A DNA stretch of 64,000 nucleotides, taken from positions 16,430,001 through 16,494,000 of the forward strand of contig NC_079171.1 of the NCBI RefSeq assembly GCF_947568905.1. Direction: 5' to 3'. Source of the DNA: Ostrea edulis (Eukaryota). This document shows positions 1 to 13,383 of the stretch, piece after piece. Under the pieces are notes generated by a model. The model was given only the letters and a program-made list of their open reading frames with translations, did not search any database and was not told the origin of the DNA. The position numbers and the translations under genes are program-made. Within the stretch, counting starts at the first letter, position 1; each line of letters opens with the position of its first letter.

Positions 1-249
1 TTATAGTGAATTGCATTCCATAAATACAAGTCCATGCATGTTGTCCATCAAATGATGCTTGATTTGGAATTTACAAGAAGAATCTTGCATATTTAAGTGA
101 TATATTGTACTATATTTATTCTTGAGTGTCAAAATGAAAAAAAAAAATCATGCATCACAAAGTAAAACTTCAAAAAACTTTGAGAGAAATTTCCCACAGA
201 CCCTGAATATACAACTACACTAACCGCCAGCTTCTTACATCTCTCACTT

Positions 250-520
250 GAAATGAAATGCTTCTCACATGAAATGAAACTCTTCTTATATGAAATAAAA
301 CACTTCTCACATGAAATGAAACTCTTCTCACATGAAATGAAACTTTTCTCACATGAATTGAAACTCTCCTCACAAGAAATGAATCTCTCCTCACATGAAA
401 TGAAACTCTTCTCACATGAAATGAAACTTTTCTCACATGAAATGAAACTCTTCTCACATGAAATAAAACACTTCTCACATGAAATGAAATGCCTCTCACA
501 TGAAATAGAACACCTCTCAC
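250..520. repeat. 21-bp minisatellite (tctcacatgaaatgaaactct), about 13 copies
   Basis: Visible periodicity; produces the SHEMKLF repeat ORFs. Confidence 0.9.
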
Positions 521-1491
521 AAAAAAAAACAACACTTTTCTCAAGATATGACATTTCTTATATGGAATGAAACATTGCTTGAACAAAATGGAAAGCTTTC
601 TACATGAAAAGATACAATTTCTACATAATTCTCACACCGTTTACACAAATTATTCACACACTTTGGCCTTCTTATAGTCAGAATACTATGCGGCTTCTTC
701 AAGTTTTCAATACGATGCACTCATTACACCATTCTTGTTTGTAAGTCGTACAGTATGCTTTACACACAATAATTACACACTTCTACATCGAATGATCCAG
801 TAATTACACAAAATAAAATGTTTTTTTTACATGATTCTCACATGCTTTATACACAAAACCATGCGTTTCTTCCACAAATACTCATTTCATTCTTCTCACA
901 TGCTAATCTGTACATAAAATGATGGGCTTCTTTCACAAAACAAAACGCTTTTAAAACAATATAGAACTTGCATGCTTTTTAGGTGTAGTAGCACGCTTCA
1001 GAGTCTGTATATATTCCTATGTAAATGCTTTGAGCCTCTATTGAGGCTGTGTAGTGTATAAACTATAATTATGATGAATGAATATTAATTTGACAAGTTG
1101 CTCTTACTTAAGTGATTACTGAAGAAATGTCTTGCATATTTCTACTTCTGAGTTTGAACCCATTCTGGCTTTGGACTCATTATGTGAACAAACTTCAATA
1201 TTCATTATGTAAGTATGCTTTCATACAAATCTACATGTAGGATTTTCTGCATGACGGAAATAATCAAGTCTGGAAAACTAATAGGACAGACTTGACAGAC
1301 AGACAGACAGATAAATGGAGAAGAAACTTTATAGTCCCCATTTGGTTTTACAAACTGCAGGTAAGGGACTAATAAACATATGCTACCAACTGATATCTGT
1401 GGGGAAAATACACACATTCTTCTAATCATATACCTGTGGGATGATGAACACGCATTCTACTAGTATATCCATATTGTATGATACTACCCAC

Positions 1492-1907
1492 CAATTTTCG
1501 GTCCATCTTTGCCTTGATGTCCCTAGCCAGCGTGAAGAAAGCCTCCTCTACGTTAATGCTGGCCTTGGCACTCGTCTCCATAAACTTGATTCCATGTTCT
1601 ATTGCCAGCTAACATGTACAAAAAACACATTCTTGTCAAATCGTACATGTAATTTTCTGTATGGTAAATAAGTTGTTTACAAGACTATCTTTTAGTATAA
1701 CCATCAAAGTATCAGGAATGAACCTGACAACAAGGACAAATTCTCCAAAATCTTTTAATGTGGATTAATTTACTAACTTTCTTTAAACATGAATATTTAT
1801 GCTGAAATGAACCTTGTGTATTCCATAGTTACTGCCTACCCCCCTCTTCTTCTGAACACTCTGATTCTGCGAGTGTGGTACTTACTGATTCTGGGAGTAT
1901 CGTATTT

Positions 1908-1944
<37 letters not shown>

Positions 1945-4900
1945 ATTCTGTGAGTATGGTACTTACCGCCTCCCCCTTCTCCTTGGAGACCACCCTTTTA
2001 TCATTCATGTCACATTTGTTACCTAGGATCATCTTGTCAACATCTTGTGAGGCATGCTGTAAAACAGAATATAACACCAAAATTGAACAAATTCTAAAAT
2101 GGCCCATGCACTATAGTTTGATTTTCTATCATCTGTGTCAAGCTAGTTAAGTACAACAATGGTTCTAGCACTGTAATATGGACATTGTGGTTCTTGAAAA
2201 GATTGCAGAATTTTCCAAATTACATAAATATGTTGAACAATACAGTCCTACCATGGCCTCATCCAGAATCATAGTGATATGATGTGAACAAGTTTGAATC
2301 TACACTACATGAGGAGGTTTAAATATTCAGAATTTGACAAACTGCATCCTTGTGGTATGTTCTTGATTTCTTTCACGAGGTTTTCCTTTATATTCAGGGG
2401 TTTTCTTTCATGAGGTTTTTCTTTATATTCAGGGGATTTCTTTCATGAGGTTTTCCTTTATATTCAGGGGTTTTCCTACCATTTTCACACTGGGTCCATG
2501 GTTCGTAGAATTGGTAAAATTGATGCGTAAAATGTTCAAATTGGGAAAATTTGAAAAGGATCCCTTTCTGCTTAATAATCAAGTGAAGAAAATAAAGCTT
2601 ATCTACAACAAATTAACTTTTAAGAAATACAAGCACATGCATCAATTCTGCAAACTTGATGGTTTACAGCAGAGCTGGCAGATTTTTTTAATAGTCAGCC
2701 CTGCTGGTCCATCGGATTTTTCTTTTTCTGAGTTTCATACCCTGACCATGGTCCACTGAATTCATTGTCACTGACAGAAGAATTAACACTTTCATACCCT
2801 GACCACGGTCCACTGAATGCACTGTCACTGACAGAAGAATGAACACTTACATAACCTGACCATGGTCCACTAAACTCATTGTCACTGACAGAAGAATGAA
2901 CACTTACATAACCTGACCATGGTCCACTAAACTCATTGTCACTGACAGAAGAATGAACACTTACATAACCTGACCATGGTCCACTAAACTCACTGTCACT
3001 GACAGAAGAATGAACACTTACAAAACCTGACCATGGTCCACTAAACTCATTGTCACTGACAGAAGAATTAACACTTACATAACCTGACCACGGTCCACTA
3101 AACTCATTGTCACTGACAGAAGAATGAACACTTACATAACCTGACCACGGTCCACTAAACTCACTGTCACTGAAAGAAGAATGAACACTTACATACCCTG
3201 ACCATGGTCCACTAAACTCATTGTCACTGACAGAAGAATGAACACTTACATAACCTGACCACGGTCCACTAAACTCATTGTCACTGACAGAAGAATTAAC
3301 ACTTACATAACCTGACCACGGTCCACTGAATTCACTGTCACTGACAGAAGAATGAACACTTACATAACCTGACCACGGTCCACTAAACTCATTGTCACTG
3401 ACAGAAGAATGAACACTTACATAACCTGACCACGGTCCACTGAATGCACTGTCACTGACAGAAGAATGAACACTTACATAACCTGACCATGGTCCACTAA
3501 ACTCATTGTCACTGACAGAAGAATGAACACTTACATAACCTGACCATGGTCCACTAAACTCATTGTCACTGACAGAAGAATGAACACTTACATACCCTGA
3601 CCACGGTCCACTGAATGCACTGTCACTGACAGAAGAATGAACACTTACATAACCTGACCACGGTCCACTGAATGCACTGTCACTGACAGAAGAATGAACA
3701 CTTACATAACCTGACCACGGTCCACTGAATTCATTGTCACTGACAGAAGAATGAACACTTACATACCCTGACCATGGTCCACTGAATGCACTGTCACTGA
3801 CAGAAGAATGAACACTTACATAACCTGACCACGGTCCACTGAATTCATTGTCACTGACAGAAGAATGAACACTTACATAACCTGACCATGGTCCACTGAA
3901 TGCACTGTCACTGACAGAAGAATGAACACTTACATAACCTGACCACGGTCCACTAAACTCACTGTCACTGACAGAAGAATGAACACTTACATAACCTGAC
4001 CACGGTCCACTGAATTCACTGTCACTGACAGAAGAATTAACACTTTCATACCCTGACCATGGTCCACTAAACTCATTGTCACTGACAGAAGAATTAACAC
4101 TTACATAACCTGACCATGGTCCACTGAACTCACTGTCACTGACAGAAGAATGAACACTTACATAACCTGACCATGGTCCACTGAACTCACTGTCACTGAC
4201 AGAAGAATGAACACTTACATAACCTGACCACGGTCCACTGAACTCATTGTTACTGACAGAAGAATGAACACTTACATAACCTGACCACGGTCCACTGAAT
4301 GCACTGTCACTGACAGAAGAATGAACACTTACATACCCTGACCACGGTCCACTAAACTCACTGTCACTGACAGAAGAATGAACACTTACATAACCTGACC
4401 ACGGTCCACTGAACTCACTGTCACTGACAGAAGAATGAACACTTACATAACCTGACCATGGTCCACTGAACTCACTGTCACTGACAGAAGAATGAACACT
4501 TACATAACCTGACCATGGTCCACTGAACTCACTGTCACTGACAGAAGAATGAACACTTACATAACCTGACCATGGTCCACTGAACTCACTGTCACTGACA
4601 GAAGAATTAACACTTACATAACCTGACCACGGTCCACTGAACTCACTGTCACTGACAGAAGAATTAACACTTACATAACCTGACCATGGTCCACTAAACT
4701 CACTGTCACTGACAGAAGAATGAACACTTACATAACCTGACCATGGTCCACTGAACTCACTGTCACTGACAGAAGAATTAACACTTACATAACCTGACCA
4801 TGGTCCACTGAACTCACTGTCACTGACAGAAGAATGAACACTTACATAACCTGACCACGGTCCACTGAACTCATTGTTACTGACAGAAGAATGAACACTT

Positions 4901-7900
4901 ACATAACCTGACCACGGTCCACTGAATGCACTGTCACTGACAGAAGAATTAACACTTACATACCCTGACCACGGTCCACTGAACTCACTGTCACTGACAG
5001 AAGAATGAACACTTACATAACCTGACCACGGTCCACTGAACTCATTGTCACTGACAGAAGAATGAACACTTACATACCCTGACCACGGTCCACTGAACTC
5101 ACTGTCACTGACAGAAGAATGAACACTTACATAACCAGACCACGGTCCACTGAACACTCACCTCTTCAATATTGCGAATCCAATTACGGATGTTTTCAAA
5201 TGATTTCTCGTTCGTGATGTCATAAACTAACATAATTCCCTGAAAAGAAAAACATTAACTTTATATGTTACAATTTAGCGGTCAATCTCTAGAGAAAAAT
5301 TGGGAAATGAAAAACACTGGTCTTTGTGTTGGTTGTAACACGCAAACAATAAAATAAGAGATGTTGGAGGACAACATAGCTTGCCTACTCACTCTATCAT
5401 CTTGGTTCAAAAAACATAGTCAAGGTTTAAGTTCTGGAAAAGTAGGTCAAAGTCCAAGATAAAGGTCAAAAGTCTTGGTACCAATTAAAAGGCCTTGTCA
5501 TAATTAAGGCATTTAATGTGAAATATTACAGTTCTCTCCCCTTGCTTCAAAACATAAACCAGGAAGCCAAGATTATAGTTTTTGAAAAGTCAGTCCAAGT
5601 CCAAAGCAGAGGTCCCTAGGTCACAAGCCTTGATACCAAATGAAAGATCGGGTGATGAGACATTTACATGTGAAATATCAAAGTCCTATCCACTTTGGGT
5701 GAAACGATACAGCCAAGTTTTTCCTTACAGTGCGAGATTGACACAGGGGTCATGATAATAGCTCTTTGGAAATCCATCTAGCAAGCTAAAATATATACAT
5801 TAATTAGATTAATTAGCTAATCTACCTGTAGATTACTTTTTGAGTATTGAAACTTAATTTTGATATACAATGAAAACTTAAATTCATTAAAGAATTCAAA
5901 CTTCTTTAAAACAAAATAGATAACACTTCTAAATGAAAACATGAAATTGGGAATAAATGAGGTGTGAATTGACTGGCATCTGAACACGGTTAATAAATGA
6001 GGTGTCTGAACACGGTTAATAAATGAGGTCTGAATTGACTGGCATCTGAACACGGTTAATAAATGAGGTCTGAATTGACTGGCATCTGAACACAGTTAAT
6101 AAATGAGGCCTGAATTGACTGGTATCTGAACATGGTTAATAAATGAGGTGTGAATTAACTGGCATCTGAACACGGTTAATAAATGAGGTTTGAATTGACT
6201 GGCATCTGAACACAGTTAATAAATGAGGCCTGAATTGACTGGTATCTGAACATGGTTAATAAATGAGGTGTGAATTGACTGGCATCTGAACATGGTTAAT
6301 AAATGAGGTCTGAATTGACTGGCATCTGAACACAGTTAATAAATGAGGCCTGAATTGACTGGTATCTGAACATGGTTAATAAATGAGGTGTGAATTGACT
6401 GGCATCTGAACATGGTTAATAAATGAGGTCTGAATTGACTGGCATCTGAACAAAGTTAATAAATGAGGCCTGAATTGACTGGTATCTGAACATGGTTAAT
6501 AATCAGGCATAATTCATTGAATTTTCAGTTTGAATGGGCGGGCTATAATAAATCTCTGGACGTAAGTCTTGATATAAGAGTACAATAGTAAGGACATGTT
6601 AGTAATTTTTTGTATGAACATTTTGAGGTGGCAATTGAATAACATAGAGACATAATAACACCTGAATACTGTGCAGAAAAAAGTTTTGTGTTGTACAAAG
6701 ATTGAAATTCATCTACAAAAATCACTTGAATAGTTGATACAACAGTTCTAAAAATGCTTGCAATTTAGAGGAAGATAAATACAAATGATACTTAATGAAC
6801 TGATGAATAGACTGTACATCTATTAACATTGTGTATAAATGGTCCTTACCATAGCCCCTCTGTAGTATGCTGTTGTAATGGTTCGGAACCTCTCCTGTCC
6901 GGCAGTGTCCCTACAGAAAACAAGAGAAGCATGCACTAACACACCCAGTCATTCTTCTCCTATAGAAATTTGACATGAACATTAATAGTGACCCAAAAAT
7001 AAATCAAACCTTGCCATTAGTATCTGAGAAGACAATTTTGAAATAATTGTCTTACTTATTTCTATGACCATCTCTGAACCCCTTCTGTGGTCCATTCCCT
7101 GACCCCTAGGAGCCATAGCATGAACAAACTGCAATTCATACTACATGAAGATCATTGCATGATAATTTGACAAACTGTACCCTTCAAAACTCCATTCTGT
7201 GTTCAGGGATCATGCTTTGAACAAACTTAAATTTCTATTCTACAAGGAAGCTTATAAGCAAGTTTTGAGCCAATGATTTAGTGGTTCTTTTAAAAAAGGA
7301 AGACTTTTAAAAGACCCCACTTTAATTTTAGAATTGTGTAATTATCTCCTCTTGGAAGGGGCCATGTTTATTCATTTTAGCAAACTAGAATCCCCCTAAT
7401 TTACTCAAGGATGCTGTCACTGTGTGGCAAAGGATTCGACCCACAAAAAAAAATTAAACCACCAGATATGGCCTAGTCTTAAAAATGATTGATTTTGATA
7501 TGAAATATTACCCAGGATTTGTGCTATTTGTAATTGTTTTTCTTTTCTTTATATATTTCATAGTATTCAAATACCATGTCTTCAAAATTGGGGTATTTTA
7601 TAGTCACTTTCTTCAATGTAACGTCATGCAAATTAAGTTATGTATGTGCTGATCTCGTCATTATATCAGTATATATGTAATATATACAGCGCTTATGTAT
7701 GTGCTGATCTCGTCATTATATCAGTATATATGTAATATATACAGCACTTATGTATGTGCTGATCTCGTCATTATATCAGTATATATGTAATATATACAGC
7801 ACTTATGTATGTGATGATCTCGTCATTATATCAGTATATATGTAATATATACAGTGCCTTTTGGTCCACTGGTTCTTGAGATGTAAAAAATGTGAAAAGT

Positions 7901-10900
7901 TTACAGACAGTAGACAGATCAATACCAAACATTTTTTAAAAAATTTCCCAACAAACATTCTGTATATATCTTATAGTATATCGTGGTATATCTTTAAAAT
8001 GTGATATAGAATTACAGAAGTGTAATGCAAAACAAATTTTGATCAGAAACATTCTGGTGAGCTAGAAATGAATTGCTTCTTGTGTACAAAGTACGTGTGA
8101 AAGTGGCTTCCTCTCTACAAAGTTGTTTATGTGTGAAGCGACTTCTTTCCTTATCATTTGAATGTGCTTACTCAGTTTGCTGCTTTCACTTCCAAGAGTC
8201 AAGATCTTAACAATACATGTATAATGCATTTTCTCTACATAGATCATAGGAAATATCCTTAGCTAGGGTCATGATTTTCAAACTTTTTGCATCTACGCCT
8301 CATTGCAAACACTACCTATCAAAACACAATTTGTTCCCTAATGATCAAAGTGTGATGACTATAAACCTCTGCCTTTGAAAACATGAAAAATGTTAACAGA
8401 CAGTAGATTTAAGCAACTCTACTAAGAAATAAATATAATCACTTGTGCTAACTGTGATGTAAAACTGTCATTTTCAAACTTGGTAAGATTCAAAATTCAG
8501 TTGACATAATCCTAAATGTTTTCTATCCATTTTACAACAATTATAAATGCCCACCATTTTATGACATCTGATATATTTCCTGTACTCAGGGTGAGCAGGT
8601 AATGCTACATTGACCTTTGTTAAATGAGTATATACCCAAAGCTAAACGGACTGCTTTCTTCTAACTTAACTGCAAAGACGTAAATTTGAAAACAAGTTGA
8701 AATGTAAATATCACATCTAGTAATGTGAAATTGGAAAAATTTTCAAAACTGATTATCATGAATAATCAAACAGTGATTATTGAAGCAATCAATCGACTTC
8801 ACCAATATTAATATATTGATTATTTAAAATCAATAAAGCATTCTTATTTTTACGAAACAATAGGACTGAAATGATCACCGAAATATCGATACTGTTCAAT
8901 ATAAATGCTCGATTCATTGCCTCAATTTTTGGTTCAATAAAGTATGTTGGGCTTGACCAGTATTTATTATTCTTACATGTATGAGGACAAAATGGCGTCT
9001 GATAATGGTCAGACTGCTGTTAGCTTCACCGCCATAGTGGTCTACAGATCAAGCGTTCGCCCCACATGCGGAAGGTCGGGGTTCGAATCCCGGCTGCGAC
9101 AGACTTTTAAAAGTCATTAAAACAGGTGATGACAGTTCCAGCACCAAGCGCTCGGAATTAGGTGTGAATGTCACGGGTCCTTGGAGATGACCTTAAAAAC
9201 GGATGTCCTGTGTCACAGTAGGTGTGGCACGGTAAAGAGAACCCTCACTGCTAAATGGCCCTTAAGCACCAAACACAGGCCTAAATTTGAAGCCCTTCAC
9301 CGGTCTTGGTGACATCTCAGTATGAGTGAAAAATTCTAGAGAGGGATGTTAAACAAGATACAATCTATCAATCCATCGAGTCCGACAAAACCAATAATGA
9401 ACTTCATCAGTTAAAGATGATCTGACCCCATGTTTTATTTGAAATAATCATTCTTCTAAGTTCTATGTTGTGAATTCATTATTGAATATATTTGTTGAGC
9501 TGTCCATTGGGTTTGATAAGATGACCCTTCCTAAATGGATAAGCTAACATTTCCCAATTACTAGAAATTCCCAATTTTTCAGACAATAAAAGTGAAATAC
9601 ATTTCTCACATGATCAACTATTGTCAAAATATAGAGGAAAAACTTTATATCTGGGTGACTGTATGTCAATAAAAAATCCAATGGAAAGGTCTTACTACAA
9701 GAAATACTCATACCAAATATGAAAAGTCTACCCCTTATGGTGTAAAAGATATGACCAAGGTCAACATTTTTGAAAATTTCCAAAAACTAGGTCAAACATT
9801 CAAGGTAATAAGGTCAAAAAATCTGATATCGTTGGAAAGGTTTTCTCACAAGAATTGCACATGCTGAATACAAAAGCAGTACCTTTTTGATTTGAAAGAT
9901 ATGGTTTATATTTGAATTTTCTATAAGTAAGTCAATGTTAGGGTCACCAGATCAAAGATTTTGGTGTTACTAATGGAAAGGTATTGCCACATGGACTACA
10001 CATACTAATATGAAAGCTTTACCTCTTATGGTGTAAAAGATATGGCCAAGGTTAAAGGTTTTTGCCACAGACACACAGACAGACCAAAAACTACATGCCC
10101 TCAAATCTTCGATTCTGGGGGCATAAAAAAACCCACGACAGATTGCAATAAGTCACCAGTGTATACTCAGGTTAAGTCATTCGAGTATACTTGTGTTACA
10201 GTCAGCTGAGTATACTTGTGTTAGTCATCTGAGTGTACTCGTGTTACAGTCATCTGAGTGTACTCATTACAGTCATCTGAGTGTACTCATTAGTCATCTG
10301 AGTGTACTCATGCTACAGTCATCTGAGTGTACTCGTGTTATGGTCATCTGAGTGTACTCATTACAGTCATCTGAGTGTACTCATGTTACAGTCATTTTAG
10401 TATACTCGTGATACAGTCTCTGAGCGTACTCGTGTTATGGTCATCTGAGTGTACTCGTGTTACAGTCATCTGAGTGTACTCATTTAGTTACAGTCATCTG
10501 AGTGTACTCGTGTTACAGTTTCTGAGTGTACTCATGTAGTTACAGTCATCTGAGTGTACTCGTGTTACAGTCATCTGAGTGTGCTCTTGTAGTTACAGTC
10601 ATCTGAGTGTACTCGTGTTATGGTCATCTGAGTGTACTCATTACAGTCATCTGAGTGTACTCATGTTACAGTCATTTTAGTATACTCGTGATACAGTCTC
10701 TGAGCGTACTCGTGTTACAGTCATCTGAGTGTACTCATTTAATTACAGTCATCTGAGTTTACTCATGTTAGTCATCTGAGTGTACTCATGTTACAGTCAT
10801 CTGAGTGTACTCATGTTACAGTTTCTGAGTGTACTCATGTTACAGTCATCTGAGTGTACTCATGTAGTTACAGTCATCTGAGTGTATTAAATAAGAGAGC

Positions 10901-12940
10901 ATTAATGACAGACTCGGGAATTCGAGTCTACTCAGGTTTCAGCCACTGATTGTACTCGTGTTGCAGTCATCCGAGTATACTCAGGTTACGGTCATCCGAG
11001 TGTTTTAAACAGGAGAGCATTAATGACAGACTCAGGAATGTAATAATGTTACTCACCATATCTGTAACTTGATTTTTTTACCATCTAATTCTATTGTCCT
11101 AATTTTAAAATCAATACCTGCAAAGATAAAAGATAAAATAAAACAAGAGCTCCACAAGACGGAACATAACCCCTTACAATAAGTGTCTAAAAGTTTTCCT
11201 ATGAAGTCCCAAACTCAGTAGGGTGCTTTCCCTCCTGATAACAAAGCTACCTGTGAAGTATCAAATCAATTCAGCAACAAATGTGGCCTGTATAAGAGTG
11301 CCTACCAGCTTTTTCTATGAAGTTCCATATTGTCCTTGAACTTAAACCTTTCAGAACCAAAATCAGTAGGGTTCTTTCTTTCTTGATAAAAAAACTACAT
11401 GTGAAGTATAAAATCAATGAAGGAAAAATGTGGCCTGTAGAGTGTCTACAAGCTCAGTGTTAAACATGCACCCACACACATACTCACGTGCACATACTCA
11501 CGTACACACACTCACATACAACTCACGTACACACAGTCTTCACGAAAACTCAGTGGTCCGAAGACCGAGGCCAGTGAATTTTACGGTCGGGTCTGACAGT
11601 GAAAATTAAAAATCAGAAAGTCCGACGGGCTTGTAGATTTTTTGTAAGTCATATTAGATATAATGTTGGATTTAAATATTCTAAACGTCTTCTTTGCTTA
11701 AATTTACCATCAAAATAAAAATAAATAAAAAATAGCACATAAAGTAACCATAGTTTCAGTAAATTAATAAATTGTACAATTTTACAATGCATTCCATAAT
11801 GTGATAAACATATGAAAATTTAGGGGGCCAGTAAATTTCACTGTGGGCCAGTAATTCAGACAGTTCACTGGTCCGACTGGCCAGCAAGTTTTAAATGTTT
11901 TCGTGAAGATTGTACACATACTCATACACATACTCACATACACAAACAAGGCAGTTACTAACTTACTATATATCACCACTTGTGATGAACTGTGAAGGTG
12001 AAGGATAGTTAATCAGAAATGATGAAATAAATGTTTGAATGGAAGACTTCAATGTCTATCAACTTTTAATGAGATCTACAGACCTGGTCAGGAATTGGTT
12101 GGCCAAGGTGAAAGGCCAAGATGATTAGATTGAAATTTTTACATCTTTACAACTTCAGAAAATTACCTTAGACAGTGCTAAAACTCCTAATTATTCAACA
12201 ATGTAAATGATTCAACATCTAAATATCACATATATTTCAACATACAGAAGCAGGATGCTGACCCCCATACATTGACTGGTCCCATGAAAACATTAACAAG
12301 TATCACAATACATAAAACTGGCCCAAAATTCACTGACAGCTAGGTCTCATCTTCTGGACTAGCGGTTAGGGTGAAGACGGATGAGTTTTGTCAGCAACCA
12401 GCTGTGTTAGAACAATATTGACAGATCACAATCAGCATTAATATTTCTTAACTTTACTTCCTTCTGTTGACCCACAATGCACTCAACTCTGGGATGCATA
12501 TAGGTCTGGGATTTAATAGTGAACCACAGTGGCTTAGATATTACTTAGGGTCAACTTTGCATTTTATTCCATAACATCAATATAAACATACACTATAGGT
12601 CTACCCTAAAAGATTAATCAGATCGTTTCTGTCTTTCTCTTTTTTCTTTCTCTTTCGCATCGTGAGTATACACGGAAGGACAACAGGACTGTATAAAGTG
12701 TTTTCAAGAACAAGTGGTCAAATTTCAACTTGGGACGTGGACAAGTGATAGTGAACCTCCACTTAGCCTAGTTATAAAAAGCACCCCCCTTAAACTTAGA
12801 GTTTGTATTTGTTTACCTATTGTTGAAATAAACGTTGAATTAAAAGCATCCTCAGAGAACCTAAACAGCACACAGGTTTTTCCGACACCACTGTCCCCTA
12901 TCAATAAGAGCTTAAACAGGTAATCATATGTTTTTGCCAT
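1492..12940 (-). CDS. RAB8: Rab8 small GTPase, spliced, 3' end outside window. Coding exons 12817-12940, 11057-11117, 6850-6910, 5162-5239, 1967-2056, 1492-1608
   Basis: Exons join in frame with GT-AG ends: [42 protein letters not shown] / [20 protein letters not shown] / [20 protein letters not shown] / [26 protein letters not shown] / [30 protein letters not shown] / [39 protein letters not shown]. Exon sizes 124/61/61/78/90/117 match the animal Rab8 layout with exons 6 and 7 fused. No terminal CaaX exon found in 1-1491. Confidence 0.95.
1860..1966. repeat. Three about 24-bp donor-containing units interrupted by a C32 homopolymer (1912-1943)
   Basis: On the minus strand: gtaagtaccatactcacagaatc / G32 / cagtaaatacgatactcccagaatc / agtaagtaccacactcgcagaatc. 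Confidence 0.75.
2378..2475. repeat. Short tandem repeat (tttcatgaggttttcctttatattcagggg), about 3 copies
   Basis: Direct inspection. Confidence 0.75.
2738..5156. repeat. 57-bp minisatellite, about 42 copies, in Rab8 intron 4
   Basis: 19-codon periodicity ([19 protein letters not shown]); the array starts at the exon 4 donor. Confidence 0.97.
5953..6501. repeat. 40-bp minisatellite, about 13.5 copies, with a 120-bp higher-order period
   Basis: Unit gttaataaatgaggtctgaattgactggcatctgaacacg; blocks starting 6061, 6181 and 6301 are near identical. Confidence 0.92.
7638..7855. repeat. 55-bp tandem repeat, 4 copies
   Basis: ttatgtatgtgctgatctcgtcattatatcagtatatatgtaatatatacagcac repeated. Confidence 0.92.
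9025..9375 (+). mobile_element. tRNA-derived SINE, full length
   Basis: A-box-like tagtggtcta, B box GGTTCGAATCC at 9080-9090, body shared with the copies at 24962 and 37065, and a caat-type simple-repeat tail. Confidence 0.8.
10160..11010. repeat. Degenerate about 24-bp minisatellite (gtcatctgagtgtactcgtgttaca) in Rab8 intron 2
   Basis: Direct inspection; unit length varies. Confidence 0.9.
11534..11912. mobile_element. MITE with 16-bp terminal inverted repeats, inserted in a CA-rich microsatellite
   Basis: cagtcttcacgaaaac ... gttttcgtgaagattg; CAG-type terminus suggests hAT; TSD ambiguous. Confidence 0.6.
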
Positions 12941-12986
12941 CTCTGAAAATTCACAACGGAACCACCCTCGATAACATTATTTCTGT

Positions 12987-13010
12987 TGACGTCACAAACA
13001 GGTACTTCCG
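12987..13010. promoter_or_regulatory. Candidate Rab8 proximal promoter motifs: palindromic CRE and ETS site
   Basis: TGACGTCA at 12987-12994 and ACTTCCG at 13004-13010, 47-70 bp upstream of the Rab8 ATG. Motif match only. Confidence 0.4.
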
Positions 13011-13383
13011 TATTTATTGGTTACCCTTTTGATTTATCATAGGATGACATAGAAAACGTCGGAGGAGTTCCGTTTCTAGGTCACGAGCACCTGAGTCATT
13101 GTCGAGATCGAAATCGAAAGTAAGCAGAATGAACTCCGATGAAATATTTTTATAAATAGTAACTTTATCATAGCATGTGTGTACACTTGAAATTTTCCTT
13201 TACCGTGGTAGTAATTATGTTCACCACATTCGATGCACACAGACCCCACCTATTGTTCATGCCCTCGCAGACCGCTCTAGAATATGATCATGATCGATGA
13301 ATTTGCACACACACACACACACACACGCGAGGGCGCGCACTGTTTAGTACTGTACTGATAACGAATATATATACAGTATTTAC

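Noticed and set aside
129-586. Overlapping ORFs with SHEMKLF/CEKSFIS repeats
   Set aside because: Translations of a 21-bp minisatellite in several frames.
1-1491. Terminal Rab8 exon with CaaX
   Set aside because: No acceptor-plus-CaaX-stop exon found; it presumably lies left of the window.
2738-5156. Possible CRISPR-like arrays here and at other regular repeats
   Set aside because: No unique spacers; plain head-to-tail repeats in a eukaryotic intron; no cas genes.
2695-5157. 820-aa Ser/Gly-rich ORF on the minus strand
   Set aside because: Entirely a 57-bp minisatellite in Rab8 intron 4; out of frame with exon 4; no unique domain, signal peptide or promoter context.
9025-9100. Possible tRNA gene
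   Set aside because: A and B boxes are present but there is no complete cloverleaf, and the sequence runs into a SINE body.
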